Below are positions 37,392 through 49,241 of a stretch of DNA of 64,000 nt, one piece after another; the first letter of the stretch is position 1; each line of letters begins with the position of its first letter. Made by a program: the position numbers and the translations under genes. The notes beneath the pieces were generated by a model, which saw only the letters and a program-made list of their open reading frames with translations, ran no database searches and was not told the origin of the DNA. The stretch is taken from contig CAVYIM010000009.1 of NCBI GenBank assembly GCA_963768655.1, positions 192,001 to 256,000 of the forward strand, given 5' to 3'. The DNA is from an uncultured Chloroflexia bacterium. GTDB taxonomy: Bacteria > Chloroflexota > Limnocylindria > Limnocylindrales > CSP1-4.

Positions 37392-39275
37392 ATGAAGTGG
37401 CTCCGACCCTCGCTCGCCCGAGCTCTCGTCCCGATCGCGCTGGCTCTCGTCGCCGTGGCCGCGTCGGCCGCCGTCAGGTTGTCTCCGGCCCCGGTTCAGG
37501 GCCTTCACCTCGGCTACAAGAATGGCCAGGTCGTTGTCGCGTCGGTCGACTACGGCACGCCGGCCCAGCAATCCGGGATGCGACCCGGCGACGTCGTGGT
37601 GGAGCTCGCCCGCTCCGACCAGCCGGTGACAGGGAACGAAGAGCCTCAGGACCTCCTCTGGGCCTCGAATCAGACCAGGCGCGACCTGGCTCGATCGAAT
37701 GGACCGTGGGACGTCGTGGTCACAGTCCCTCCCGACCAGGTCGCGGCCTACGCCGTCGCCCAATACGAATGGGCCATGGTCGATGTCTGGCAAGAGGTCC
37801 GGTGGGATCTGCTGCCTGTGGACGCCAACGGCATGTGGATCGACTACCCGGCGTACCCTGGGGCGCTCCCGACTTCACCCGAACGAGACTACGTACTGGA
37901 CACCAGCGTGCCGTGGGAGCCCGGCCCGACCGCGTTCGGGCTGGCGATCCTGATCGTTGGCTGGTGGTGGGTCGGCAGCGGTCGGGCGGGAGCGACGCTC
38001 CGGCGCTGTGCCGTGACCCTGCCCGTCGCCACGGCCATGCCTCTGCTCGTCGTGCCGATCCTTCGCTACCAATCGGCCCTCGAAGTGGTGGTCGGCTCGG
38101 TGCTCGTGCCGCTGGCTATGCTCCCCCTCGCGATCGACTTCCTCGGCCGAGTCGAGGGCCGGTGGGCGCGCCGGCTGGCCGGCTCGGCCGCGTTCGCGCT
38201 CGCCGTTGGCTCGGCCGCGGCCAGCCTCCTCATCCCCAGCGGCACCAGCGTACACACCTGGGGCGCCATCCTGGCCGCCGGAGTGGCGTTCGTTCCCGGG
38301 TTCTTCGCCGCGCGGCCGTTGCGCTGGCGCGGCTCCGGCGCGGGGGTTGAGACGGGAGCCACGCCCCGGGCCCTGATCGAGTCGACCGACGTCGCGCTGG
38401 CCGCCGTAACACCGGGGATCGCCTGCATCACACTCACGTTCACTTCCGTGCCGTACTCCTACACCGTCTGGCCAATCCTGGTTTGGCTTGCGGCGGTCTG
38501 GGTGGCGAGGCGGTTCACGCTGCGACCGCTGGCCCGGCTCGCGGCGCGGGCCACCCGCCAGCGCGACCTCGAGGTGGCCGCCGCCGAGGCGGAGCGAGCC
38601 CGCATCGCGGCCGACATCCATGACGACCCGCTGCAGGAGCTGACGATGCTGGTCCGCCGGCTCGACGTCGCCGGCGACCACGAAAACGCCGACGCGGCTC
38701 GGGCGATAGCCGCGCGTCTGCGGGCCATATGCGGCGACCTGCGGTTGCCGATACTGGACGATCTGGGCGTGGGCCCGTCTCTGGAGTGGCTCGTCGACCG
38801 CCTCGACCATCTGGGCGGCCCGGTCCGCCTGGAGCGCGAAGGCGAGGAACGCCGTCTCCCCAACGACGTCGAGCTGGCCGTCTACCGCGTCACCCAGGAA
38901 GCGCTGACCAACGCCATCAAGCACGGCGCGCCGCCCATCGTCGTCCGCTATCGCCAGACCGCGTTTGGCGTGGAACTGGAGGTCGATGACGCTGGCCCGG
39001 GTTTCGCTCCCGGCGCCGCCGAGCTGGCCGAACATTCCGGGCGCCTCGGGCTGGTGGGCATGGCGCAGCGTGCCGAAGCCATGGGAGGCGTCCTCACGGT
39101 CGGGCTGCGGCCCGGCGGAGGAACGCGGGTCAGGCTGGTCTGGGACGATCCGCGAGTCGGAGTGGCGGCGGGAACGCCCGCCGCCTCAGCAGCGGCCCCG
39201 GCCGCGACCGCGGCACCGGCCGCGACCGCGACGCCGGCCGCGACCGCGGTGACGCCGGCCATGGAGTCTCGATGA
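37392..39275 (+). CDS. Membrane sensor histidine kinase (HisKA_3 type) with extracytoplasmic PDZ-like domain
   Basis: ERARIAADIHD, YRVTQEALTNAIKH, DDAGPGF, LGLVGM; V..GTPAQQSGMRPGDVVV PDZ signature. Confidence 0.88.
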   Translation: MKWLRPSLARALVPIALALVAVAASAAVRLSPAPVQGLHLGYKNGQVVVASVDYGTPAQQSGMRPGDVVVELARSDQPVTGNEEPQDLLWASNQTRRDLARSNGPWDVVVTVPPDQVAAYAVAQYEWAMVDVWQEVRWDLLPVDANGMWIDYPAYPGALPTSPERDYVLDTSVPWEPGPTAFGLAILIVGWWWVGSGRAGATLRRCAVTLPVATAMPLLVVPILRYQSALEVVVGSVLVPLAMLPLAIDFLGRVEGRWARRLAGSAAFALAVGSAAASLLIPSGTSVHTWGAILAAGVAFVPGFFAARPLRWRGSGAGVETGATPRALIESTDVALAAVTPGIACITLTFTSVPYSYTVWPILVWLAAVWVARRFTLRPLARLAARATRQRDLEVAAAEAERARIAADIHDDPLQELTMLVRRLDVAGDHENADAARAIAARLRAICGDLRLPILDDLGVGPSLEWLVDRLDHLGGPVRLEREGEERRLPNDVELAVYRVTQEALTNAIKHGAPPIVVRYRQTAFGVELEVDDAGPGFAPGAAELAEHSGRLGLVGMAQRAEAMGGVLTVGLRPGGGTRVRLVWDDPRVGVAAGTPAASAAAPAATAAPAATATPAATAVTPAMESR

Positions 39276-39884
39276 CCGACAGCCCGGCCCCGATTCGAGT
39301 AGCGATCGTTGACGATCACCCGGTCGTTCGAGAGGGAACCGCGGCGCTGCTGGATGGGCAGCCCGGGCTTCGAATGGTCGGGACGGCCGCGTCGCTCGAC
39401 GAGGCCGTCCCGCTACTCGCTCCCTCCCTCGTTGACGTGCTGCTGCTGGACATTCGGCTTGGGCCCGAGAACGGGCTCTCCGTCCTTCGGGGCGGCGCGC
39501 CCAGGCCGGCAATCGTCGTCCTGACCGCCTACGACTACCCGCAGTACGCGGCCGCGGCGCTGCGACTCGGCGCCTCCGGCTTCGTGGTCAAGACGGCGCC
39601 GATCGCCGAGCTGGTGGACGCGATTTCGAAGGGCGGCCTCGGGCGGACTCGCCTTCGGCTGCAAGCCCGACCTGTCGGCTCCGGCCCCGTTGACTCGTCG
39701 CGAGGTCGACGTCGTCCGGCTGGTCGTCGACGGCCGCAGCAACGATGAGATCGGCGCGGAGCTCGGCATCGCCTCGAAGACGGTCGAGGCGCATCTGCGC
39801 CGCATGTTCGATCGGCTCGGGCTGCAGTCGCGGACGGAGCTGGCTACGCGGGCCCTGCGCGAGGGCTGGCTCGAGGTGCCGTAG
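39272..39884 (+). CDS. NarL/LuxR-type response regulator, frameshifted near 39625
   Basis: Receiver (IVDDHPVVREG, LLLDIRL) in one frame, HTH (LTRREVDVV..GRSNDEIG) in next; removing one T joins them. Confidence 0.88.
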
Positions 39885-40192
39885 GCCCCGGGGCGGCGCT
39901 TGGTGCGGGGGTTTGCCCAATACCGCTGGGGGCGATGCTACGCGACCAGCCTGCTCCCGATCGAGCGGCGAAAGGCCGAGTCCGGCCGATCGGCGCCCGT
40001 CTGAGCGCGGGAGTAAGCCGCGGAAGGCTAACCAGCCTAAGATCCTGTGGATGGAGCCGGAGACCGCGTCCCTGGTACCGCCCGGGGCCCTATTGGGCAA
40101 GAAGGAGCCGTGCGGCCGCCCTCCGCGCGGCGGCCGTGCGCGGCAAGGGCGCCGCGCCGCCCCGCGCCGTGGGCCCGCTCTCGCGCCGTTCG

Positions 40193-41218
40193 CTACTTGA
40201 GCGCCTCGGCCAGAAGTGCCGTCAGCTGATCCCACTCCACCAGGAACGCGTCGTGGCCCTTCGTGGAGTGGATCTCGCGGTAGGCGGCGTCCATGCCCGC
40301 CGCCGTCGCGGCCTTCACCATCTCCTGCACCTGGGTCGTGCCGTAGAGGATGTCGCCTTCGATGCCGACGCCGGTCAAGCGCGTCCCGTAGGCGGCCAGC
40401 CGCTGCAGAGCGGCAACCGCACCGCCGCGGTCGCGGCCGATGTCGTGCGTGTCCATCGCCCACACGAGCGTGCGGTACGTGTCCTCGTCGAAGCGCTCGA
40501 GCAGCTTTCGGCCCTGGTGGCGAAGATAGCTGACAATCGAGGGCGTGCCGTCGGGCTCGACGCGCCCGGCGAAGCGCTGCTCGAAGTCGATCTCGCTGCG
40601 GTAGGTCGTGATGGCCAGCTGCCGGGCCAGGTCCAGGCCCTCCAGGCCGAGCTTGTCGATGATCTCGAGCTGGATGTTGTCCCAGCCCACCGCGAGCTGG
40701 CCGATCCGAGCGGGCGCGGCGATCGGCACGACGCGACTGACCTCGCCGGGCCGCTCGAGGGCAACCTCCAGCGCGACCATGCCCCCGAGCGACCCGCCCA
40801 CCGCCAGAGCGAGCTTGCCGATCCCCAGCGCGTCGAGCAGCCGCCACTGGGCGCGGGCTTGATCCCGGACCGTGACCCTGGGAAAGGCCCGACCGTAGGG
40901 CTTGCCGGTCACGGCGTTCCGTGAGATCGGGCCGCTGGTGCCGTACCGGCTGCCCAGCAGGTTCATGCAGATGACGCCGAACTTGTCCGTATCGAGCACC
41001 TGGCCGGGGCCGATGAGCGGCGCCCACCAGTCGCCGGCGGCGTCCGCCGAGCCGGTGAGGGCGTGGACGACCAGGATCTGGCGCCCTTCGCCGATCGGGA
41101 CGCCGTCGTGGCGGTAGGCCGCGACCAGGTCCGGCAGGACCGCACCGGACTCGAGCGCGAAACGGCCCAGCCAGCGAGAGACGATCTTGCCGGTCTGCGG
41201 GTCGCTCGATTTGTCCAC
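40193..41218 (-). CDS. metX: Homoserine O-acetyltransferase (start uncertain)
   Basis: VHALTGSA, GGSLGGM nucleophile, GHDAFL; downstream of metY. Confidence 0.9.
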   Translation of the reverse strand: MDKSSDPQTGKIVSRWLGRFALESGAVLPDLVAAYRHDGVPIGEGRQILVVHALTGSADAAGDWWAPLIGPGQVLDTDKFGVICMNLLGSRYGTSGPISRNAVTGKPYGRAFPRVTVRDQARAQWRLLDALGIGKLALAVGGSLGGMVALEVALERPGEVSRVVPIAAPARIGQLAVGWDNIQLEIIDKLGLEGLDLARQLAITTYRSEIDFEQRFAGRVEPDGTPSIVSYLRHQGRKLLERFDEDTYRTLVWAMDTHDIGRDRGGAVAALQRLAAYGTRLTGVGIEGDILYGTTQVQEMVKAATAAGMDAAYREIHSTKGHDAFLVEWDQLTALLAEALK

Positions 41219-41481
41219 GTCGTTCAGGCTACGAAAACCGGGGTCGGCGCGTGCGGTCGAAACGCCGGGATCGGCGGCGATGAAACCCGATTCGCCGCGC
41301 CGATTGCCCTCGTCGCCCGCAGCCGAGACTGGCGACTCGGGCGCGCCGAGCCCCGCGGGGGACCCGGCGCGCGTAGATTCGACTCCGATGGCGGCTCCGG
41401 TGGGCGCGGGCCGGCCGCGCACCTCCGAGATCCATCGAATTGCCGGTTTCGATTTCATGGGGCTACTTGACGCTGCCACGC

Positions 41482-42984
<1,503 letters not shown>

Positions 42985-43015
42985 TCAGCTCAGTGGCGCG
43001 TCCAACGCCGGAGCC

Positions 43016-43126
43016 TCAGACCCCGTCCTCCGCACTTCGGGGCCGCCCGGGCATGGACATCATGGAACCGCGCAGGCACGAGGCCTGGCGCGAGTTCTCC
43101 CGGTGGCGCGAAGTGCGGGCGTTCAT
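43016..43126 (-). CDS. Putative methionine-sensing leader peptide MNARTSRHRENSRQASCLRGSMMSMPGRPRSAEDGV (36 aa)
   Basis: ATG ATG TCC ATG cluster; ATG 9 nt after a -10 box; followed by terminator and metY. Confidence 0.75.
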   Translation of the reverse strand: MNARTSRHRENSRQASCLRGSMMSMPGRPRSAEDGV

Positions 43127-43135
43127 TGGCCGCGA

Positions 43136-43165
43136 AGCATAGGGGCTCCGCGGCCAATTGCGCAA
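43136..43165 (-). promoter_or_regulatory. Sigma70-type promoter TTGCGC-N18-TATGCT of met operon
   Basis: Motif match; same geometry as dap leader promoter. Confidence 0.65.
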
Positions 43166-43195
43166 GCTGTTCGGTTGCGAGCGCCGCGCCGCGGT

Positions 43196-44401
43196 CTACT
43201 CGTATCGAAGAGCGACGACGGGGTCGAGCCGGGCGGCCTGGCTGGCAGGCCAGACACCGAAGACGACGCCCACGAGAAGGCTGAAGCCGACCGCGGCCAC
43301 GACCGTGATCGGATTGAAGACGAAGCCCCAGCCGGCGTAGATGCCGATGCCGAATGAGGCCAGGACCCCGAAGAAGATGCCGATCACGCCGCCGGCGAGC
43401 GAGAGCGCCAGGGCCTCGACCAGGAACTGGGAAAGGATGTCGCGACCGCGGGCCCCGATGGCCTTTCGGATGCCGATCTCGCGGGTCCGCTCGCGGACCG
43501 AGACGAGCATGATGTTCATGATCCCGATGCCGCCCACGAGAAGCGAGATCGAGGCGATGCCCGCCAGGAGCAGCGTCAGGACGTCGCTGACAGAGCTGAC
43601 CGTGCCCAACAGCTGGGCCTGGGTCGTGATCGAGAAGTCGGCCGTCTCGGCCGCGGTGATGCCGTGGCGCTGGTCGAGCAAGGCCGTGATCTCGGCCGAG
43701 ACGGTGTTGATGTCGTCCTGGCTCGCGGCACTGACGCCGATCGTCGACACGCTGGAGCTGCCCACGAACAGCTCCTGCATGGTCGAGAGCGGCACGATGA
43801 CCTCGTCGTCCTGGGTGCCGGTCCCGCCCTTGGACTGCATGATCCCGATGAGATCGAACGGCAGGCCGCCGATGTAGATGGTCGAGCCTATCGAGGAGCT
43901 GGTGAGATCGAGGTTGTCGGCCGTCGCGCCGCCGATGACCGCGACCCGCAGGTTGGCATCGACCGAGGCCTGGTTGAGGAAGGCGCCGGTCCACATGTCG
44001 TAGGCGAAGACCGAGAGATAGCCCGGGGTCGTGCCGATGATGCGGGCGGTCTCGTTCTGGGTGCCCGCGATCACGAGCTTGGAGGTGGTCAGCTCGGGGG
44101 CGACGTATTGGACCCCCGACAGGCCGGCGATGGCGGATCCGTCGTCGATGGTGAGGGTCGTGGCCGAGCCGAAGGAGCCGCGCGTGGCCGAGCCACGCGA
44201 GAAGCCCGGGCTGACCGTGAGCAGGTTGGTGCCCAGGGCGTTGAGCTGGTTGCTGATGCCCTTGGTGGCACCCTGGGCGACGCTGACCAGGGCGACGACG
44301 CTGGCCACGCCGATGATGATGCCGAGCATCGTGAGCGCGGTCCGCAGCTTGCCGGTGCCCAATCGGCCGATGGCCAGGCGGAGCAGGTCGATGAGCCTCA
44401 T
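43196..44401 (-). CDS. MacB/FtsX-family ABC permease
   Basis: RTALTMLGIIIGVASV, GGIGIMNIMLVSVRERTREIGIRKAIGA, LDPVVALRYE. Confidence 0.95.
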   Translation of the reverse strand: MRLIDLLRLAIGRLGTGKLRTALTMLGIIIGVASVVALVSVAQGATKGISNQLNALGTNLLTVSPGFSRGSATRGSFGSATTLTIDDGSAIAGLSGVQYVAPELTTSKLVIAGTQNETARIIGTTPGYLSVFAYDMWTGAFLNQASVDANLRVAVIGGATADNLDLTSSSIGSTIYIGGLPFDLIGIMQSKGGTGTQDDEVIVPLSTMQELFVGSSSVSTIGVSAASQDDINTVSAEITALLDQRHGITAAETADFSITTQAQLLGTVSSVSDVLTLLLAGIASISLLVGGIGIMNIMLVSVRERTREIGIRKAIGARGRDILSQFLVEALALSLAGGVIGIFFGVLASFGIGIYAGWGFVFNPITVVAAVGFSLLVGVVFGVWPASQAARLDPVVALRYE

Positions 44402-45096
44402 TGCAGCACCGCCTCGGCGAGCTGGCCGTCGCGGATGTGGACGCCGCGATCGGCCGCCGTGGCGACGTCGATGTCGTGGGTGATGAGCACGATCGTGCGA
44501 CCCAGGGCATGGAGATCCTTGAAGAGCGAGAGCACCTCGGCCCCGGAGTGGGAGTCGAGGTTGCCGGTCGGCTCGTCGGCGAGGATCAACGCCGGCTCGG
44601 TCACGAGGGCCCGGGCGATGCCGACGCGCTGCTGCTGGCCGCCCGAGAGCTCGGAGGGCTCGTGGCCGAGGCGATCGCCCAGACCGAGACGCTCCAGGGC
44701 CGCCTGGGCCTTTCGGAGCCGCTCGCGGCGGCCGACGCCCTGGTACATCAGGGGCGCGGCCACGTTCTCCAGAGCGCTCGTGCGCGGCAGCAGGTTGTAG
44801 CTCTGGAACACGAACCCGATGGAGCGGCTCCGGACAAAGGCGAGACCGTCGTCGGATAGCTCGTCGACGGGCTGGCCGTCGAGAACGTAGCGACCGCTGG
44901 TCGGCCGGTCGAGACATCCGAGGATGTTCATCATGGTCGACTTGCCAGAGCCCGAGGGGCCGATGATGGCCATGAACTCACCCCTGGCGACCGTCAGGTT
45001 GACGTCCACCAGGGCCGGCACCTGGACCTTGCCGGTGTCGTATATGCGGCTGATGCCTTCGAGTTCGATGATCGGCTCGACCGCGTTGGCGCTCAT
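44398..45096 (-). CDS. MacB/LolD-type ABC ATP-binding protein
   Basis: GPSGSGKST, LSGGQQQR, LADEPTGNLD. Confidence 0.95.
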   Translation of the reverse strand: MSANAVEPIIELEGISRIYDTGKVQVPALVDVNLTVARGEFMAIIGPSGSGKSTMMNILGCLDRPTSGRYVLDGQPVDELSDDGLAFVRSRSIGFVFQSYNLLPRTSALENVAAPLMYQGVGRRERLRKAQAALERLGLGDRLGHEPSELSGGQQQRVGIARALVTEPALILADEPTGNLDSHSGAEVLSLFKDLHALGRTIVLITHDIDVATAADRGVHIRDGQLAEAVLQ

Positions 45097-46589
45097 GGCA
45101 CGAACCCGCCGGGGCCGCCGCCGGTCAACGCATTGAGATTGACTCCGCCGCTGGTTGTCGTCGTGGTTCCGCTTCGGGTGGAGGACGACCCGACGACCAC
45201 GGTGTCACCCTCGCTCAGGCCGCTCGTGATCTGGACGTAGGAAGTCGTAACGACGCCGACCTGAACCGCGACGCTACTTGTGCTTCCATCGGCATTCACG
45301 AGCTCGACGGTGTAGCCGCTCGCGGCGGAGCCCGACAGGGCCGTCGCGGGCACGCGCAGGGCGTTGTCGACAGAGGCTGTCGTGACCGTTACGGTCGCGC
45401 TCATGCCCGCCAGAACCGTGGCGGGCGGATCGGTGAGGGTGACCGTGACCGCGTAGGTCGCCACGCTGCTACCGCTGCCGCCGCTCGAAGACGAGGAAGA
45501 CGCCACGGGCACGATCTGGGTCAGGGTTCCGGGCACCGTCACGTCGGGACCGGTGATCAAGGCGGTCGCGGTTTGCCCGACCGCGAGGCCGGTGATGGCC
45601 GACTCGGCGAAGCTGGCCGTGGCCACCATGGGCCCGACGGACTCCTCGATGGCATAGCCGCTCGGGGCGCTGACGCCGGGCAGGATGTTGACCGCGGTGA
45701 TGAGGCCATCTGCCGGGGCCACCAGCGTGGCGTCGGTCACGGCCAGCTGAGCGGCATTGACGGCCGCCTGGTCCGAGGCTACCTGGGCCTGGTCGGCCGT
45801 GATCGTGGCGCTGGCTGTGGCAGCGGTGCTGTTCTGGTACTGCAGCTTGGCCGCGGCTTCGCTGAGCGATGCGCTCGTGACTTGCTGGGCGGCCTGCTGG
45901 TTCGATTGGCTGACCTTGAGCCTGGTCGTAGTCAGGTTCGACTGCGCTTGCGCGAGAGACGCCTGGTTCTGGGACGTGGGAGCGGCTTTGTATGCCGCCT
46001 GTGCGGCCGTGACCGCTGCCTCTGCCTGGCTCAGGGTCAGCGAGTTCTGCTGACTCGTGATCTTCTGGTTGGCGACCGCCTGGCTGTAGCTGTTCTCCGA
46101 CTGGCTGAGCTGGTTACTCGCCTGGGCCTTGGTCAGTGCGGTCGGACCGGCCTGGTCTGTCGTCAGCTTGGACTGGGCGGAGGCGAGCGTGGCCTGAGCC
46201 GATGCCAGCGCGAGCTGCGCCGCCGTGGAGTCCGCCGTCGCCAGGGTCGTACCCTTGGTCACGCTCTGACCAACCGTCACCGCCACGGTCAGCACGGGCC
46301 AGGTCAGGGATCCCGACGAAGCGCTGCTACTGCCGGTCGAGCCGCCCACGCCGGACGTGGTGGCGACCGAACTCGCGATGACCGGCGCAACGCCGAAGCT
46401 GAGCCCGTAGACCGTGCTGGCCGAGATCGTCCCGGTGGCGACGGAAGTGGCGCTAACCGTGCCGGTCGTGACCGTGGATGTGGTGTATGCAGAGCTTGAC
46501 GATCCTCCGAAGGCGGGGCCGACAACCGTCAGGACGACGGCTCCCACTCCCACGAGGATCAGTGCTATTGATGCCAGTCTCAGCTTCAT
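45093..46589 (-). CDS. Efflux periplasmic adaptor (MacA/HlyD-like)
   Basis: N-terminal TM, lipoyl-like halves, long coiled coil, GMSATV, GLSEGDTVV. Confidence 0.88.
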   Translation of the reverse strand: MKLRLASIALILVGVGAVVLTVVGPAFGGSSSSAYTTSTVTTGTVSATSVATGTISASTVYGLSFGVAPVIASSVATTSGVGGSTGSSSASSGSLTWPVLTVAVTVGQSVTKGTTLATADSTAAQLALASAQATLASAQSKLTTDQAGPTALTKAQASNQLSQSENSYSQAVANQKITSQQNSLTLSQAEAAVTAAQAAYKAAPTSQNQASLAQAQSNLTTTRLKVSQSNQQAAQQVTSASLSEAAAKLQYQNSTAATASATITADQAQVASDQAAVNAAQLAVTDATLVAPADGLITAVNILPGVSAPSGYAIEESVGPMVATASFAESAITGLAVGQTATALITGPDVTVPGTLTQIVPVASSSSSSGGSGSSVATYAVTVTLTDPPATVLAGMSATVTVTTASVDNALRVPATALSGSAASGYTVELVNADGSTSSVAVQVGVVTTSYVQITSGLSEGDTVVVGSSSTRSGTTTTTSGGVNLNALTGGGPGGFVP

Positions 46590-46871
46590 TCATTCATGCC
46601 TCTCGTGTCTCGTCTAGTCGCCTGTGCCCGTGGTGAAACCGCGGGAGCCACCGGCCGACCAGACTCGCTCGTCGCCAGCGTCGATCCGCAGCTTCCTTCG
46701 CCGATGCTGTCGAATTGGTTACGGCGCCGAGTTGGCGCGCGACCCGTTGCTCGTGCGCGCGCGGCCCGCGCGGCCCGCCCGACGGCGCGGCTCGCCCGCA
46801 CGCGCGGCTATGCGGCAGCGGGCTCGACGGCCGTCAGAGCCGACCCGCCGAGAACTCGTCTGGGTGGCCGA

Positions 46872-47501
46872 TCAGGTCTGCCGGCCCGCTGGCGTCTCGT
46901 CCCGGATCGTGCCGAGAAGATCGAGCGCACGACGGATCCGCCACTCGTGGCCGGCCCGTTCGCGAGCCGCCGGATCCTCCTGCGACTGGGCATGCTGCTC
47001 GAGCTCGAAGGCGTCGGACCAGATCCGCTCCCACGCCGGGCGATGCTTCGGGGGCACGAGGTCAGTCGCTCTCTCGTGCCAGTGCTCGATACGGCCGAGC
47101 AAGTCTTTCGAACGACTGCCGGAGGCGGAAGCCTGGGAGTCCTTCGGTTCCGTGAGGGCCGCGGCGAGATCGTCCCCGTCCCGCCGAACCCCCTCCAGCC
47201 GAGCCGCCACGTCCCCGAAAAGCCCGCTCCGAGCTACTCGCGGGTCGCGCACCCACCGGCGCAGGATGACTGCCGCGACCAGCATCGCGACGACGCCGAC
47301 GGCGATGAGCACCGCGGCCGCGACGCCGCCGATCGCCGGTCGCGCCGCAGCCACAAATCCGGCCACGGCACTCACGAACCCGCCCGAACCGCCGGCAACC
47401 AGGATGAACACGAGGGCGACGCCCCGTATCTGGGCGAGCAGGACGAGAAGGTCCCAGATCGGCCTGACCCTGACCGGTAGTCGCCGTCGCATCGATCCCA
47501 T
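46872..47501 (-). CDS. Hypothetical membrane protein
   Basis: GGAGG RBS, two hydrophobic segments, soluble C-terminus. Confidence 0.5.
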   Translation of the reverse strand: MGSMRRRLPVRVRPIWDLLVLLAQIRGVALVFILVAGGSGGFVSAVAGFVAAARPAIGGVAAAVLIAVGVVAMLVAAVILRRWVRDPRVARSGLFGDVAARLEGVRRDGDDLAAALTEPKDSQASASGSRSKDLLGRIEHWHERATDLVPPKHRPAWERIWSDAFELEQHAQSQEDPAARERAGHEWRIRRALDLLGTIRDETPAGRQT

Positions 47502-47559
47502 GCCGCCTCCTGTAGACGGTCATGCTAGCGTCCCTGGGCCGCGCGCCCTCAGGGCGCCC

Positions 47560-48045
47560 TCAGCGTCCCTGAACCGCGGGACCGCCGTTCTCAGTTGCGG
47601 GGCCCAGTTCCATGCCGGGCGCCTCATCCGGCCGCGCCCGGAAGCCGAGTGCCTCGTAGAACGGCCGCTTCCCCGTGGCGCAGAAGAGCTGGATCTGATC
47701 GATGCCCGCGTCGCGGCAGCGCCGCACGAGGCGACGCACGACCTCGCTGCCGATACCGCGGCCCTGCCAGGCTGGATCGACGATGACCTCGACGATCAGG
47801 GCGTGGAGAGCCCCGTCCGAGATGGTCCGGCCCATGCCGACGAGCAGAGTCCCGTCGTAGGCGCAGACGGCGTGCCAGGTCGACGCCAGCGCGCCGGCCA
47901 GCTGGTCGTCCGTGAGCGCCGTCTCCCAGCCGGTCGAGGCGTACAGCCGGAGGAAGCCCTCCCTCGACGGAGTCGCCTCGCGATACTCGATCGACCGCTC
48001 GGCGCCGTCCGTCGGACCTGTGGGCGTCACGACCGCGACGTCCAT
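47560..48045 (-). CDS. GNAT family N-acetyltransferase
   Basis: LVGMGR, VIVDPAWQGRGIG, FYEALGF. Confidence 0.92.
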   Translation of the reverse strand: MDVAVVTPTGPTDGAERSIEYREATPSREGFLRLYASTGWETALTDDQLAGALASTWHAVCAYDGTLLVGMGRTISDGALHALIVEVIVDPAWQGRGIGSEVVRRLVRRCRDAGIDQIQLFCATGKRPFYEALGFRARPDEAPGMELGPATENGGPAVQGR

Positions 48046-48270
48046 GCGAATGGCGCGACGCTACCGTCCACTTCCACGAACTGCCTGGAGCTCACCGCAA
48101 CCTCCATCCAGTCGGGCGACCCACCGCCGAGTCCGCCGCCGTCTTCGGCCCTCGCCGCCTGTGGCCTCGACGCCCGACCCGGCGGAAGGCGCCTCGGCCG
48201 TTTGCGGTTAGTATCGAGCAGTCGGTATGCGTGCGAAGGAACCAATGAGCAGACCCATGCCGCCGTACCG

Positions 48271-49079
48271 ATGGCCGCCCACGTCGGCACCCGCAGCGGA
48301 GCAGTTCACGCCGTGGAGCGCGCCAGGCCGGCCATCAGGAAAGTTCCGGAGGTCACGGTCTACTTCTGGGTGATCAAGGTGTTGACCACCGCGATGGGCG
48401 AGGCGACTTCGGACTACCGGTCCACAGGTTCGATCCCGTGATCGTGGTTCCCCTGGTTGGCATCGCCCTGACAGCCGCGCTGCTCCTGCAGCTGGTGGCG
48501 CCACGGTACGTGGCCCCGATCTACTGGCTGGCCGTGGTAATGGTCGCCATGTTCGGAACGATGGCTGCCGATACGCTGCATGTCGGGCTGGGCATCCCGT
48601 ATCTCGTGTCGACAACGCTCTTCGCCGTTTCCCTGGCGGTCATCTTCATGGCCTGGCACGGGACCGAGAAGACCCTGTCGATCCACAGCATCAACACCCA
48701 CCGCCGCGAGACTTTCTACTGAGCAGCCGTCCTGGCGACGTTGGCGCTCGGCACGGCCGCCGGCGACATGACCGCCACGACCGTCGGCTTGGGTTACTTC
48801 GGCTCGGGCGTGATGTTCGCCGTGCCGTTCGTGCTGCCGGCGCTGGCCTACGGGCTGCTCGACCTCATCGCGATCCTCGCCTTCTGGATCGCCTACATCC
48901 TGACCCGGCCGCTCGGCGCTTCGTTCGCGGATTGGGTGGGGAGAGCGCGGAACCTGAGCGGCCTCGGGCTGGGCACGGGAGAGGTCGGCGTCGCCCTGAC
49001 GATCGTGATCGTCCTCCTCCTCGGCTACCTCACGATCACCCGCAAGGACGTCAGGGGCGAGGACGGCACGCTCGGCTGA
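48271..49079 (+). pseudogene. Disrupted DUF347/COG4705 membrane-anchored protein
   Basis: KVPEVTVYFWVIKVLTTAMGEATSD, ALGTAAGD, FWIAYILTRPLGASFAD; frameshift near 48419 and TGA at 48720-48722 where Trp is expected. Confidence 0.85.
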
Positions 49080-49241
49080 CCGGGTCGATTGCGAGTGCCA
49101 CGGCCAAGGCGCCGGCAACGGTCGCGCGTGGGACGGCAGCCGGGCTGGCCCGACGAGTGGGCAGTTGAGCTCGGAGGCTCTACTCCCAACCGACCTCCGA
49201 CCTCGCTCGCGGGGCCGCCTCGAATCCGGATGCACGGGACC

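Noticed and set aside
48720-48722. TGA recoded as Trp or Sec
   Set aside because: TGA terminates many intact genes here and the gene also has a frameshift
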